NCBI GenBank assembly: GCA_028717685.1
Contig: JAQUNI010000003.1
Coordinates: 64,311 to 128,310, forward strand
Reading direction: 5' to 3'
Source of the DNA: Patescibacteria group bacterium
GTDB lineage: Bacteria > Patescibacteriota > JAQUNI01
Length of the DNA: 64,000 nt
Shown: in pieces, positions 38,917 to 48,383 of the stretch
Numbering within the stretch: position 1 is the stretch's first letter
Layout: each line of letters begins with the position of its first letter
Position numbers and translations under genes: made by a program
The notes under the pieces: generated by a model
What the model saw: only the letters and a program-made list of their open reading frames with translations
Database searches by the model: none
What the model was told of the DNA's origin: nothing

Positions 38917-38985
38917 GTAATCAGTAATCAGTAATTAGTAATCAGGGAATTTATCCTTTTACCGATTACCGATTACCGATTACGA
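38917..38985. repeat. hyphenated inverted repeat built from GTAATCAG heptamer tandems, (gtaatcag)n ... (ccgattac)n
   Basis: ~29-bp arms; related element at 58891-58981. Confidence 0.65.
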
Positions 38986-40386
38986 ATTTAGGTATTCTTC
39001 CAATGTTTCTTCCCAATGCCTTAAGCGAGGCAGTTTCGTGTTTAATAAAATTGAATACATCGGTCTTTTGGCGCGGGAACGATATTCTTGACTGGAAATC
39101 GGCTTCATTTTTGCCTTAATTCCATTAAGGAGAAGAATTTTACGCGCGAATTGATACCAGTTGGTTTTACCTTCATTAGTAATATGATAAATACCAAAAG
39201 GTCTTTCCTGTTCTAGAATTTGACGGGTCGCGCGGGCCAAGTCACGGGTATAGGTCGGTTTTCCCCATTGATCATTAACGACCGTAAGTGTAGCATTGCT
39301 CTGTGCTTTCTGCAATATTTTATCTACAAAATTAATTCCTTCCTTTCCAAATAACCAAGAACTACGGATGAGATAATATTGTTCACAATGGCGGCGCAAA
39401 AGGGCTTCTCCTAAAAACTTAGATTTTCCATAGACGTTGATTGGATTGGGTTGGATAGTTTCTTTATATCCTTTACGATTTTTTCCTTCAAAAACATAAT
39501 CCGTGGAATAATGAACTAAAACAGCATTAAGTTTTTTTGCAATCTGCGCAAGATATCCGACAGCCTTGCCATTCACTTTTAGGGCTTGCTCTTGGTTTCC
39601 CTCTGCTTCTTCAACATTAGTGTAAGCGGCGGCGTTAATGATAATGTCTGGTTTCAGACGGGAAATTTTATTTCGCAGAGTCTTTCTTCTGGTAATATCC
39701 ACATTATTTTTATCCCAAGAAGTGAGCTCGCAATCTTGAAACTCTTGAACTAGGGATCTGCCTAGCATACCCTTGCTTCCTAAAACTAAGATTTTTTTCC
39801 CGAAATTTTCTAATAGTTTATTGCGGCTGCGGATAAGATCAGGATGGATTTTTATTCCCTTGCGCACAAATTCTTTGATATCTTCATTATAAGTATAGAG
39901 AAGAGCGCGATCTAAGGACTTTCGGGCAAGAGACAGGACTTCTTTTAATTCAACTGATCCAACTCCGCCTTTTGGCGCTGGCGCGGTTACATCCGCGAGA
40001 TAAATAATTTTGTCCAAAATATCCATATTTATTTTGGGAACACAGTGTCTTTCTATCGCCTGGAGGATTGTTTTGTCACGGACATTGAATTCTTGTTGAG
40101 CCAATTTCGCGCCCACCGCGGCATGCAAAAGCAGAATGTGTTTTTTGGTAAAAATGTCTATCTTAATGCGGTACTTTTTGGCGAGCAGAATCCAAGTTTC
40201 TTCGGACAAATCGCGCGCCATATCGTGAATTAAGCCGGTAAAATAGGCTTTCGCAGGATTCACACCGCCGATGATTTTTGCTATTTTTTCCGCCGTTTTT
40301 GCCACGGATAGACTATGAAAAAATCTATCCTCCGATAGACTCTTCTTCAGGTAGGCGGTAATTTTTTTTAAATCAGGGTTATTCAT
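38980..40386 (-). CDS. rmlD: fusion of a YqeK-like HD hydrolase domain (N-terminal) with dTDP-4-dehydrorhamnose reductase
   Basis: HSLSVAKTAEKIA..GLIHDMAR, then ILVLGSKGMLG...YGKSKFLGE...IYHITNEG. Confidence 0.75.
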   Translation of the reverse strand: MNNPDLKKITAYLKKSLSEDRFFHSLSVAKTAEKIAKIIGGVNPAKAYFTGLIHDMARDLSEETWILLAKKYRIKIDIFTKKHILLLHAAVGAKLAQQEFNVRDKTILQAIERHCVPKINMDILDKIIYLADVTAPAPKGGVGSVELKEVLSLARKSLDRALLYTYNEDIKEFVRKGIKIHPDLIRSRNKLLENFGKKILVLGSKGMLGRSLVQEFQDCELTSWDKNNVDITRRKTLRNKISRLKPDIIINAAAYTNVEEAEGNQEQALKVNGKAVGYLAQIAKKLNAVLVHYSTDYVFEGKNRKGYKETIQPNPINVYGKSKFLGEALLRRHCEQYYLIRSSWLFGKEGINFVDKILQKAQSNATLTVVNDQWGKPTYTRDLARATRQILEQERPFGIYHITNEGKTNWYQFARKILLLNGIKAKMKPISSQEYRSRAKRPMYSILLNTKLPRLRHWEETLEEYLNS

Positions 40387-40399
40387 AATGAAATTTCAT

Positions 40400-41428
40400 T
40401 CACCTTTTACCATATTGTCTTTTGTAATATTTAAGGTATTCTTTGGACTTAATTCTTTTCCACCATTCTTCATTATTTTTATACCATTCTATAGTGCATT
40501 TCATTGCTTTTTGAAACTGATACTGCGGTTTCCAGCCTAAACGGCGAACTTTGCTTGAATTTAGGGCATAGCGTCTGTCGTGGCCGAGACGGTCCTTAAC
40601 ATATTCAATCATTTTTTTGTCTCTGTCTAGGGTTTTCAAAATTAACTTAGTAATTTCAAGATTCGTTCTCGGATTATCGCCGCCGATATTATAAATTTCA
40701 CCTATCTTGCCTTTATGGAACACCAGATCAAGAGCCGTACAATTATCTTCAACGTAAATCCAGTCGCGCACATTTTTACCATCGCCGTAGAGGGGAACCT
40801 TTTTTTCTTCTAAAATGTTTGTTACAAAGAGAGGGATCAGCTTTTCCGGATATTGGTAAGGTCCAAAATTATTAGAGCTTCGCGTAATTAATACGGGGAG
40901 GTTAAATGTGCGGTGATAGGCGCGAACCATTAGGTCTCCGCCGGCTTTAGAGGCTGAATAAGGATTATTTGGCGCTAAAGATGATTCTTCGTTCGCTTTG
41001 CCATTAGTGAGGCTGCCGTAAACTTCATCAGTAGAAATTTGGAGATATCTTTTAATCTTGAATTCCTTTACTGCTTCCAGAAGATTTTTAGTACCCAGAA
41101 TATCGGTACGGATAAAATCATCAGCGCCCATAATGGAGCGGTCTACGTGCGTCTCGGCAGCGAAATTTAAAATCCCATCTACATCTTTCGCTATTTTGTT
41201 TACCAGCTTAGCATCAGTAATGTCGCCCTTCACGAATTTATAGCGAGAGGTTTTGATGTCTTTTAAATTATCTAAGTTGCCGCAATAGGTTAATTTATCT
41301 AGGTTAGTGATTCGGTAACGGGGATATTTTTTGAGGAGGTAGTGAATAAAGTTGCTGCCGATAAACCCCGCACCACCGGTGATTAATAATTTCACCCTGT
41401 TAGAAATAAAATTATTTTTTCTTGGCAT
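40400..41428 (-). CDS. rmlB: dTDP-glucose 4,6-dehydratase
   Basis: LLITGGAGFIGSNFIHYLL...YSASKAGGD. Confidence 0.85.
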   Translation of the reverse strand: MPRKNNFISNRVKLLITGGAGFIGSNFIHYLLKKYPRYRITNLDKLTYCGNLDNLKDIKTSRYKFVKGDITDAKLVNKIAKDVDGILNFAAETHVDRSIMGADDFIRTDILGTKNLLEAVKEFKIKRYLQISTDEVYGSLTNGKANEESSLAPNNPYSASKAGGDLMVRAYHRTFNLPVLITRSSNNFGPYQYPEKLIPLFVTNILEEKKVPLYGDGKNVRDWIYVEDNCTALDLVFHKGKIGEIYNIGGDNPRTNLEITKLILKTLDRDKKMIEYVKDRLGHDRRYALNSSKVRRLGWKPQYQFQKAMKCTIEWYKNNEEWWKRIKSKEYLKYYKRQYGKR

Positions 41429-41481
41429 ATATTTTTTGTATGTTAATCATTTTCCCCGCGGAAATCGTATTTCTAACGAGG
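41393..41481. repeat. split palindromic element (ccctgttagaaata ... tatttctaacgagg) bracketing the rmlB start codon
   Basis: half-sites ~55 nt apart; same family as 23257-23370. Confidence 0.5.
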
Positions 41482-42051
41482 CAATGATTTTTGATAGAGA
41501 TCATATTTATAGAGACTGGCTAAGATGGAAGCGCCCAGAATTTGATTTTTCATGATCATTTTTTCAATTTCCGCGGGGGTGAACTTTTGCACCCTATCTA
41601 TTTCCGCAGGATCGGGCTTTTTGTGGATGGGAGACATATCTTCTGCAAGGTAGATCCAAAAATGCTGGGGATAGGCGGTAGAAGTGACAAATTCCGTGCC
41701 GATTTTAGTCCATTTTTTGGCGTTAAGACAGGCTTCTTCCGCCAATTCCCTTTTTGCCGCGGCAAGGTAGCTTTCTTTGTCCTCTTTGCGCCCCATCGGG
41801 ATTTCCCAGGTGTATCTTTTCAGGGTGTAGCGATATTGGCGCACGAAATAGATATTGCCTTTTACATCCCTAGGAATGATCGCTATAAAAGGTTTTTTCC
41901 GAATATAATAATAGTTTACTTTTTTCCCCAACTGATTGATTACTTTATCTTTAAAAAGGTCAAGGTATTGGCAACTGTAAATTTTATGGGAAGATATCTT
42001 CCGCCAGCGGGTTGTTTTTATATTTTTTAATGTGTGCTGTGTTCTTCTCAT
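41473..42051 (-). CDS. NUDIX hydrolase
   Basis: GRKEDKESYLAAAKRELAEEACL Nudix box. Confidence 0.75.
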   Translation of the reverse strand: MRRTQHTLKNIKTTRWRKISSHKIYSCQYLDLFKDKVINQLGKKVNYYYIRKKPFIAIIPRDVKGNIYFVRQYRYTLKRYTWEIPMGRKEDKESYLAAAKRELAEEACLNAKKWTKIGTEFVTSTAYPQHFWIYLAEDMSPIHKKPDPAEIDRVQKFTPAEIEKMIMKNQILGASILASLYKYDLYQKSLPR

Positions 42052-42089
42052 CTATTTAAGTTTACCAGAAAAAGTCCTAGAAGGGCAAG

Positions 42090-42545
42090 TCATCCCATTT
42101 TAATCTTCCAATCGTAAGGAATTAATTCGGTATTATATGGTAAGCGGTATTCATCTGGTTTTTGCGGATTATAAGGGTGGGTTGGAACATTAATGATGAG
42201 TGCTTCTTTGTCGGAAATGCATTTCCAACCATGATAAATCTCCTTGGGAACTTGGACTAAAACTGGGTTATGCTCACCGATAAAAAATTCGTTCACTTCG
42301 CCCAAGGTCGGAGAATTTAAACGGCCATCATAGAGAACAAGTTTAATCATTCCTTGAATGCAACAAATGTAATCGGTTTGAATTTTATGTAAATGCCAAG
42401 CCTTCACAACCTGCGGGTAGGTAGTGGTGAGATAGACCTGTCCGAAGTTTTGATAAAAGTCGTCATCTTGGCGTAAAATCTCTATTACTCTGCCGCGCTC
42501 GTCGGGATGGACATTTAATTTTTTGATTTGGACATCAGTAATCAT
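42090..42545 (-). CDS. rmlC: dTDP-4-dehydrorhamnose 3,5-epimerase-like cupin (short form)
   Basis: DERGRVIEIL, AWHLHK, KLVLYDGR; sits in the rmlA/B/D operon. Confidence 0.6.
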   Translation of the reverse strand: MITDVQIKKLNVHPDERGRVIEILRQDDDFYQNFGQVYLTTTYPQVVKAWHLHKIQTDYICCIQGMIKLVLYDGRLNSPTLGEVNEFFIGEHNPVLVQVPKEIYHGWKCISDKEALIINVPTHPYNPQKPDEYRLPYNTELIPYDWKIKMG

Positions 42546-42554
42546 AAATTGAAT

Positions 42555-43775
42555 TTATTTTGGATTAAGATATATAGGATGAGTTTTCGCAATCCTCGGC
42601 AGGGAATTTTTAATTCTTATTGGATTTTTCGCTTTAAGCATTGCATAAAGGGATAAAGTTTGGCGCGTGATTTTTTGCCAATTATAGTTTCTTTTCACCC
42701 TTTCTCGCGCCAGGTGGCCATTTTTTAAAACTAATTCTGGATGATCATTTAAAAATAAGATTTTTTGAGTAAGGTCAACAAAACTTTTTGATTTAAAGGT
42801 GTAACCCGCTTCTCCAATCGCCTCTTGGTTTTCCGGGATGTCGGAGACTAAAACGCAACGGCCAGATCCCATTGCCTCCAGAAGACTAATAGATAATCCT
42901 TCCACTTCCGAAGGTAAAACATAAAGATAGGCATTAGAAAGGAGTTCGTTCAAAATTTTTCCCTGTTGGTGGCCTAGAAAGACTACATTAGGATTATTTT
43001 GAGCTAATTCTTTAAGATAGTCAAGATAGTTTTGATTTTCTTTAGGGTTATCTCCCACAATCACCAGCTTTTTATTCAAATTCAAATTTTGGAAAGCACG
43101 AATAAGATAATGAATACCTTTTAAAGGAATAAGGCGAGAAACCGAAAGAATATAGCTATTTTCCGTTAGTCCCCATTTTTTAATTCGTTGCGCTTTTTGC
43201 GGAGGGAAAAGAGGTGCGCCATTGGGGATATAAAATATGTGAGCGGTCGGATACTTGCGGCGGCAGTAAGAATACAGATTTTTTGAGACCGTAATCGTGG
43301 CGTGAGGAAATTTTACCGTGGCCCATTCCCCCAGAGCAAGAAAAAGGCGGGCAATATATCCCCATTTTTTATTGAAGCGGTCGCGCGAATGAAAGGTGGC
43401 GATGATTTGAGTCTTTCTTTTTAAAAGCCGAGGCAGAAAAGCGAGGAGCGAGGGTCCAACTGAATGAATATGAATAATATCCACCTTTTGAAATAAGACA
43501 TGAATTAAGGAGGTTAGAGTGTGCGTGATCGCGGCTAAATTTTTTGTGGGGATATAAGGGGTATAAATGATTCGCACCCCTTTATATCGCCTAACGCGGC
43601 TTTGTGTATAATGGCGGCGGGAGTAAACCAAAACTTCGTGCCCTGCTTTTACCAAGCGGACAGCTAGTTCTTCGGTATGTCTCTCCACTCCGCCATCGCG
43701 GCAGGGAATGCCCTTAGAGCCGATAATTGCTATTTTCATTATTTTGGGATTTATAGTAGAAGAGTTATTATACAT
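42555..43775 (-). CDS. GT4 glycosyltransferase
   Basis: IIGSKGIPCRDGGVERHTEELAVRL; C-terminal EX7E region. Confidence 0.75.
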   Translation of the reverse strand: MYNNSSTINPKIMKIAIIGSKGIPCRDGGVERHTEELAVRLVKAGHEVLVYSRRHYTQSRVRRYKGVRIIYTPYIPTKNLAAITHTLTSLIHVLFQKVDIIHIHSVGPSLLAFLPRLLKRKTQIIATFHSRDRFNKKWGYIARLFLALGEWATVKFPHATITVSKNLYSYCRRKYPTAHIFYIPNGAPLFPPQKAQRIKKWGLTENSYILSVSRLIPLKGIHYLIRAFQNLNLNKKLVIVGDNPKENQNYLDYLKELAQNNPNVVFLGHQQGKILNELLSNAYLYVLPSEVEGLSISLLEAMGSGRCVLVSDIPENQEAIGEAGYTFKSKSFVDLTQKILFLNDHPELVLKNGHLARERVKRNYNWQKITRQTLSLYAMLKAKNPIRIKNSLPRIAKTHPIYLNPK

Positions 43776-43807
43776 CTTAAATCGTTATAAGTCAAGAGCT
43801 TTTGGTT

Positions 43808-45022
43808 CTAATGCCCTTGGCGTGCAAATTGATAAATCTTCATCAGATTTTGATAATAGATTTCCGGATTGTAGCGCCTAATTTCCCGTTTTGCCCTTTG
43901 ACCGATCTTTCGCGTGACTTCGCGGTTTTGATAAAGGGATTGGATTTTTTTCTCGAGTTCCGCGGCATTCTGGAAAAAGAAACCAGTACTTCCTTCGCGG
44001 ATGATTTCTTGAAGACCGCCCTTTTTGCTCGCGAGCACCACTTTACCTAAATTAAAAGATTCTAGGACGACTAATCCGAAAACCTCCTGCCAACTGCTCG
44101 GAACGACCACAAAGCGGGATTGCCGGATAATCTTTTTGAGTTCGTCTCCTTGCTTGTAACCCAGAAACTGAATATTGGTAATATAATTTTTTTGAATATA
44201 AGCTTCCAGTTTTTCTTTCTCGGGACCCTCCCCGGCTATTTTCAATTTAATTTCTGGCAGTTTTTGCATCACGGAGATTAAAAGATCCAAGCCTTTTTCG
44301 GGCGAAAGGCGGCCGAAAAATAAAATATAATTTTTTTCCTTCGCAGATAGCAGATTCTCTTCTTTAATAAAATAAGGCAGGGTTACTAATTTTGCTTGCG
44401 GCAATCCCCATGCTGTAAGTTTTTGGCGCATAAACTTGCTCGGACAGATGAAAATGTTAACATAACGTTCATAAAAATGAAAGGCTTTATGAAAATACAT
44501 TTCCAGAGTGTTAACAAGAGAAGCAAGATAAGAATCCTTCACGCATTTATTTAAAAAACATTGATAATATTTTTTCTTTCTGCATTTTTCGCACACTTTA
44601 TTATGCTGAAAAAGCTGGTAGTTTGGACAAATAAGTTTGTAGTCATTCACTGTCATTACGATAGGGATTTTATGCTTTTTTAAAATTCCTAAAATAGAAG
44701 GTGAAATTTGATGATAGATGTTATGAATATGAGCGATCTCTGGTTTTTCTTTTTGAATCAAAGCTCGGATTTTTCTTTTCGCCTCCAGTGAATAAAAGAT
44801 ACGGCCGAGGGTCGCGAGAGTCTTGAAGGAAAATTTGGGGCGCGAGAGATCCACTTCATTTACAAAATATTGCGCGTGAGGAGAAGGCTCGTTTTTATCG
44901 CTACGCATAGAGAAAGGAATTACTTTGTGGCCGTGCCTTTCTAGCAATTTAGTTAAATCAAAATAATGACGGTCTGCTCCGCCCTGAATGTGGTAAAATT
45001 TGTTGATGTTGAGAATGCGCAT
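43808..45022 (-). CDS. GT4 glycosyltransferase
   Basis: GT4 C-terminal FVVPSSWQEVFGLVVLESF motif. Confidence 0.75.
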   Translation of the reverse strand: MRILNINKFYHIQGGADRHYFDLTKLLERHGHKVIPFSMRSDKNEPSPHAQYFVNEVDLSRPKFSFKTLATLGRIFYSLEAKRKIRALIQKEKPEIAHIHNIYHQISPSILGILKKHKIPIVMTVNDYKLICPNYQLFQHNKVCEKCRKKKYYQCFLNKCVKDSYLASLVNTLEMYFHKAFHFYERYVNIFICPSKFMRQKLTAWGLPQAKLVTLPYFIKEENLLSAKEKNYILFFGRLSPEKGLDLLISVMQKLPEIKLKIAGEGPEKEKLEAYIQKNYITNIQFLGYKQGDELKKIIRQSRFVVVPSSWQEVFGLVVLESFNLGKVVLASKKGGLQEIIREGSTGFFFQNAAELEKKIQSLYQNREVTRKIGQRAKREIRRYNPEIYYQNLMKIYQFARQGH

Positions 45023-45029
45023 CAGGGAA

Positions 45030-45145
45030 AGTTAAAAGTTAAATCGCAAAAGGCAAATCTGAAAGGTAAAAGTAAAAACTTTTTACTTTTAACTTGTAGA
45101 TTTCACTTTTGACTTTTGAAATTTGACTTTTAATATTTTTATTCT
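45030..45145. repeat. AT-rich hyphenated inverted repeat (AAAAGTAAAAA-type arms) spanning the GT2 3' end and intergenic region
   Basis: arms ~50 nt centred near 45078. Confidence 0.5.
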
Positions 45146-45967
45146 CAACTTCACCCAGCTTAAGAGAACTATAATATTAAAACCTATTCTTCGTTGAGGG
45201 TAATGTTTTTTCCAAAAATATAGAAGGCTGTTTCGCAAATATAGCCAAGGCGCGAGAGAACCTTGGGATGATCCGTGATGATGATGAATTACTTCATCTT
45301 CTCCCCAGAAGATAATTTGAAAGCCAGCCTCCCGTGCTCTTTTGCAGAAATCAATGTCTTCTAAATACATAAAATAATTTTCATCAAAAAGCCCAATTTT
45401 TTCCAAAACGGATCGGCGGATGAAAAGGCAGGTGCCAGAAAGCCACTTTACCCTCCGAGTCTGGTAGAATTTTTTACGTGTCCAAAGATTAGGCATCACT
45501 ACCCTGCCCCAGGGAAGGATTTTGTAGAGTAAGGTTAGGTCTAAAAATTCTGTCGCGAGGGAGGGGTAATTTCCAAAATTAGCATTGATGCTTCCATCTA
45601 GCAGAGTCAGGCGGGGCGAAGTGATGCCCACGTCTGGATGGCGGTCTAAAAAGGTAATAATCTTGTTTAAATTTTGATGCGCAAAAGCGTCGGTGTTTAA
45701 AAGCAAAAGATATTCGCCTCGCGCGATCTTGATTCCTTGATTCACAGCGGCGGCGAACCCGCGATTTTTTTCATTGATAATCAGCCTTACTTGAGGAAAA
45801 TCTTTTTTAATTCTCCCGACAGAGTTATCTTCAGAATTGTTATCTATGACAATTGCCTCAATAGGTATTTTAAGAAAAGCCGCGAATACTTTAGATAGGC
45901 ATTCTAAAGTCAGGGTGCAGGTATTATATGAAGGAATAATTATAGAAAGTTTAATCTTATTTCGCAT
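45089..45967 (-). CDS. GT2 glycosyltransferase
   Basis: LSIIIPSYNTCTL...VIDNNSEDNS. Confidence 0.75.
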   Translation of the reverse strand: MRNKIKLSIIIPSYNTCTLTLECLSKVFAAFLKIPIEAIVIDNNSEDNSVGRIKKDFPQVRLIINEKNRGFAAAVNQGIKIARGEYLLLLNTDAFAHQNLNKIITFLDRHPDVGITSPRLTLLDGSINANFGNYPSLATEFLDLTLLYKILPWGRVVMPNLWTRKKFYQTRRVKWLSGTCLFIRRSVLEKIGLFDENYFMYLEDIDFCKRAREAGFQIIFWGEDEVIHHHHGSSQGSLAPWLYLRNSLLYFWKKHYPQRRIGFNIIVLLSWVKLRIKILKVKFQKSKVKSTS

Positions 45968-47324
45968 TTTTTTGGTTAATTAGCTGATTGTAAATTGCGA
46001 GTAATCCTATAATATACCAAAATACCATTCCATAGTACAGCCCAATTAAGGTAGCTTCCACCATTGAATTTAGCAGCACGATAATGAGCGTGGAAACAAA
46101 TCCCAGATAAAGCATTTTTTCCTCCGGATTCAAAGAGATTTTTTGAGCCTTTTTAATTTCTAAATAAATGGCGCGAATAACCAGCATAAAAGCGGCAAAA
46201 CCGATTATTCCGAGTTCAAGAAGCACTTGCAGAAAAAAATTATTACTTTCCGTTTCCACGGACCAAGGCAAAAGATTTTTGTATTCCAATTTTAAATTGC
46301 CCGTGCCTACACCCAAGATGGGATTATGAACAAAGATTTGATAAGCAGAACGGAATTCCACTATCCGAAAACGGGTATTGGGATCCGTCAAAACTCGCGT
46401 CAGACGATCTAAAAATTTATCAGAATAAGAGGCAAGGGGGATAGCGATTACGGCAAGAAGGACGCAGATAAAAAGGATAGCAAAGAGTTTTTTAACTTTT
46501 TGTTTTCTGAAAATATAAATAAAACCAGCCATCAGGGAAAAAATCTCGCCTTTACCAAGGGTTAAGAAGGTAGCCATTCCACCCACAATCGTTTCGGCAA
46601 AGAGAAGCATTTTCAACCATTTATTACGGGTAGTTAATAATAGAATATAAGTGAATGGCAGAGTCATAATAATAATGGCCGCAATGTAAACCCATTTCCC
46701 TACCGGTGTGATTATCGCTTCACGGGCTAGGGCATAGTCTCCTTGAAAACCACCCAGAGAGATGACTTTGAAAATTAACTGGGTAGCAACCAACAATCCG
46801 GTTATGGGGATAGAAAAAAGAGCGATTTTAAAATCCCTTTTGTTTTTGATGAGATTTACGGCTAAAAGCAAGATTAAAAAATGAAAACCAAGATTGCGCA
46901 GGGCAATGACGGCACGGGAAAGATTATCCGCCCAGCCCAAAGATAAGACAGATAGAAAGATATACAAAAGAAAGCATCCTAAGAGTAAAGGAAATCTTAT
47001 TTGCTTAAATTGTTTTTGGGCAATGAGCTTCAAAATAAAGAATAAAGTTAAAATAATGACCAAAATTTCAGCGAGGCTTACTTGGTAATACCAATCCTGG
47101 ATGCGGATGGTAGCTATTTGACCGAAGACAATAGCAGGCGGAATCAGAATAAGGACAAAAACAGGGTTTTTGAGGTAAAGGAAGATAAGAATGGCGAGAC
47201 CAAAAATTATGCCAAAAGTTAAGAGTAAATGCCCCCATCCCTCGTCTCCCCAATTAGAAAACAAGGGTATAAGGATACCGAATAATAGAATAAGTATGGA
47301 AATAAGAAGGATTTTTTTGACCAT
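45957..47324 (-). CDS. O-antigen ligase/polymerase-family membrane protein (Wzy_C-like)
   Basis: ~11 TM; conserved HNPILGVGTGN...LELGIIGF loop region. Confidence 0.6.
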   Translation of the reverse strand: MVKKILLISILILLFGILIPLFSNWGDEGWGHLLLTFGIIFGLAILIFLYLKNPVFVLILIPPAIVFGQIATIRIQDWYYQVSLAEILVIILTLFFILKLIAQKQFKQIRFPLLLGCFLLYIFLSVLSLGWADNLSRAVIALRNLGFHFLILLLAVNLIKNKRDFKIALFSIPITGLLVATQLIFKVISLGGFQGDYALAREAIITPVGKWVYIAAIIIMTLPFTYILLLTTRNKWLKMLLFAETIVGGMATFLTLGKGEIFSLMAGFIYIFRKQKVKKLFAILFICVLLAVIAIPLASYSDKFLDRLTRVLTDPNTRFRIVEFRSAYQIFVHNPILGVGTGNLKLEYKNLLPWSVETESNNFFLQVLLELGIIGFAAFMLVIRAIYLEIKKAQKISLNPEEKMLYLGFVSTLIIVLLNSMVEATLIGLYYGMVFWYIIGLLAIYNQLINQKNAK

Positions 47325-47388
47325 AGTTTTAAGCTTTACTATACATCAAAAGTCAGTTTTTGTCAAATAAAATGGTAAAAAAATAGGG

Positions 47389-47439
47389 TAAGGAGAGAAT
47401 TAAATTGAATTGAAAATCTTTTTAATCTCCTTACCCTGC
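47389..47439 (-). terminator. Rho-independent terminator after 47448..48287 (11-bp stem gggtaaggaga/tctccttaccc, T-run on minus strand)
   Basis: perfect stem followed by TATTTTTTTAC on the minus strand. Confidence 0.55.
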
Positions 47440-47447
47440 TCCGTGCC

Positions 47448-48287
47448 TTAATTGACAATCGCTGTGCGATTGTCAGCGCCGGAGTTGATAAAGGTGCCGC
47501 GGTTATCCAATTTACCTTTGAACTGGTAAACCGGATATTTATTAGATGTTCCATCTGCCACCTTGATGAGATAAACAGCCGTTGTGCCATTGACTTTCAC
47601 CTCGGATGTGTATCTTGCTCTTTTATCTGACCAAAGCACGAAGGCAAATTCTTTATCTGGCACGTATGATCCGCTCCATTCCCAACTGCCGTTCTTATAT
47701 GATATTGGCACGCTTGCCCAACCTGTCACATCTGAAGAGAGGTAGATGGTTGTTCCTATACTTTCTGCGGTTGTTAAAGTGAATTTGACATTGAGGATAC
47801 CTACACCACCGGACAGTTGTAGAACCTTACTATCAGTGTCAAACATTAATTGGAAAGAACCGCTGCCGTCTATGTTTTGTAATTTGACATTATTAACCCA
47901 CAAATCATAGATGACACTACCGCCAATGAATGATGCCTTAATATAACCCGGTAGAGTGGTCCATACCTTAACACGGCAGGAGTTAAATTCATTGATGCTG
48001 TTGAAAGTAATTTTTTTCACATTAGGATATTCATTCCCGTCTGCGAAAAGATTACTTTCCACTTCAATGGCTCCGGTTGCGGATGGCGCCATTTTACTTT
48101 CCGTGGTTATGCTGGGCAATATCGTCCCTTCCGGGTATGACAGAGATAACCTAGCAATAATGGTGGAAACCTGCTCTCCCATTTCATCGCCTAGAATACT
48201 ACTAAATGGGTTGCGTGCCTGATCGCAGCCCAAGAACAGAAATGTCAGTAAAACCACCATCAGGCAGGTGGTTATTATCCTTATCAT
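47448..48287 (-). CDS. hypothetical lipoprotein, beta-rich
   Basis: signal peptide plus lipobox FLFLGC; strong GGAGG SD. Confidence 0.5.
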   Translation of the reverse strand: MIRIITTCLMVVLLTFLFLGCDQARNPFSSILGDEMGEQVSTIIARLSLSYPEGTILPSITTESKMAPSATGAIEVESNLFADGNEYPNVKKITFNSINEFNSCRVKVWTTLPGYIKASFIGGSVIYDLWVNNVKLQNIDGSGSFQLMFDTDSKVLQLSGGVGILNVKFTLTTAESIGTTIYLSSDVTGWASVPISYKNGSWEWSGSYVPDKEFAFVLWSDKRARYTSEVKVNGTTAVYLIKVADGTSNKYPVYQFKGKLDNRGTFINSGADNRTAIVN

Positions 48288-48323
48288 TACTTAATACCTC
48301 CAGTTCAGAAATTTACGGTTTCA

Positions 48324-48369
48324 CCCTAACGGGTGATCTCCCGTTAGGGATGACAGGTCAGGAGACCTG
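48324..48369 (-). promoter_or_regulatory. tandem hairpins in the 5' leader of 47448..48287 (ccctaacggg/cccgttaggg, then caggtc/gacctg)
   Basis: perfect 10-bp and 6-bp stems, no T-run; first hairpin is an everted copy of the CGTTAG element. Confidence 0.35.
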
Positions 48370-48383
48370 AACCAACGTAATGG

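Noticed and set aside
47452-47475. Perfect 10-bp palindrome tgacaatcgc-tgt-gcgattgtca at the 3' end of 47448..48287
   Set aside because: It lies inside the coding sequence (encodes NRTAIVN-stop). The true terminator hairpin is the downstream 47389-47439 element.
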